Shown here piece after piece: positions 63,526 through 64,000 of a DNA stretch of 64,000 bases (the stretch's first letter is position 1; every line of letters starts with the position of its first letter). The stretch lies in NCBI GenBank assembly GCA_050253415.1, contig JBFWJC010000001.1:808679-872678 (forward strand), given 5' to 3'. The position numbers were made by a program, and so were the translations under genes. The stretch is from Pedobacter sp. (lineage in GTDB: Bacteria; Desulfobacterota; Desulfuromonadia; Desulfuromonadales; Syntrophotaleaceae). The notes under the pieces are model-generated. The model was not told where the DNA came from and did no database searches. It saw nothing but the letters and a program-made list of their open reading frames with translations.

Positions 63526-64000
63526 ATGTCTTTTGATTCTCTTGGCCTGCGAGCCGAACTGCTCAGCGCCATCGCCACGCAAGGCTATACAAAGCCGACT
63601 CCCATTCAGAGCGAGGCGATACCGGTGATTTTCGAGGGCTGCGACTTGTTGGCGGGCGCCCAGACCGGTACCGGCAAGACGGCCGCGTTTGCCCTGCCGA
63701 TCGTACAGATGCTCAGTGAGGAGATCCCCAAGGAAAAGCGCAGACGCCCGCGCGCGTTGGTTTTGGTGCCGACCCGCGAATTGGCGGCCCAGGTCAGCGA
63801 GCAGATGCAGAATTACGGTCGCCGGCTGTCTCTGCGCTCTACCACGATTTACGGCGGGGTGAATATCCGGGCCCAGATCGAGCGTCTGCACCGTGGGGTC
63901 GATATCGTGGTGGCGACGCCGGGGCGTTTGCTCGATCACGCGGAGCGAGCCACGATCAACCTTACCCGGATCGAGTTTCTGGTGCTGGACGAGGCTGATC
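63526..64000 (+). CDS. rhlE: DEAD-box RNA helicase RhlE-like; 3' end lies outside the window
   Basis: MSFDSLGL, PTPIQ, AQTGTGKT, PTRELA, TPGRLLD, LDEAD. Confidence 0.9.
   Translation, partial: MSFDSLGLRAELLSAIATQGYTKPTPIQSEAIPVIFEGCDLLAGAQTGTGKTAAFALPIVQMLSEEIPKEKRRRPRALVLVPTRELAAQVSEQMQNYGRRLSLRSTTIYGGVNIRAQIERLHRGVDIVVATPGRLLDHAERATINLTRIEFLVLDEAD

Overview
Chromosomal window from a GC-rich anaerobic deltaproteobacterium. Gene content and repeat types suggest Desulfuromonadales (Pelobacter/Syntrophotalea-like); this is an inference. I saw no rRNA, tRNA, CRISPR array or intact transposase. The window holds about 55 housekeeping, redox and stress genes: a Mn/Zn/Fe ABC operon whose permease is fused to a DtxR-type domain, a vWA plus two-component operon, a glycosomal-type GAPDH, peptidases, MsrAB, RecQ, RhlE and an iron-containing ADH. 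Most notable: (1) a sulfur-handling cluster made of a CoA-disulfide reductase-rhodanese-TusA-DsrE fusion, a FadL/OmpP1 porin and two exported thioredoxins. The porin signal peptide is broken by a 1-nt homopolymer frameshift, and a perfect palindrome overlaps the upstream promoter. (2) A ~5.4-kb AT-richer c-di-GMP islet (GGDEF-EAL, PilZ, degenerate flavodoxin, degenerate serine recombinase) bracketed by ~265-bp direct repeats, each carrying a 35-aa RCKP rubredoxin-like mini-gene that the ORF track missed. (3) A chemoreceptor with a PocR domain inserted inside a periplasmic CHASE3 domain. (4) A BIME-like mosaic of ~513-bp non-coding repeats. There are also several pseudogenes, heptamer tandem repeats and REP-like palindromes. 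All family assignments come from motif recognition by eye, not from database searches.
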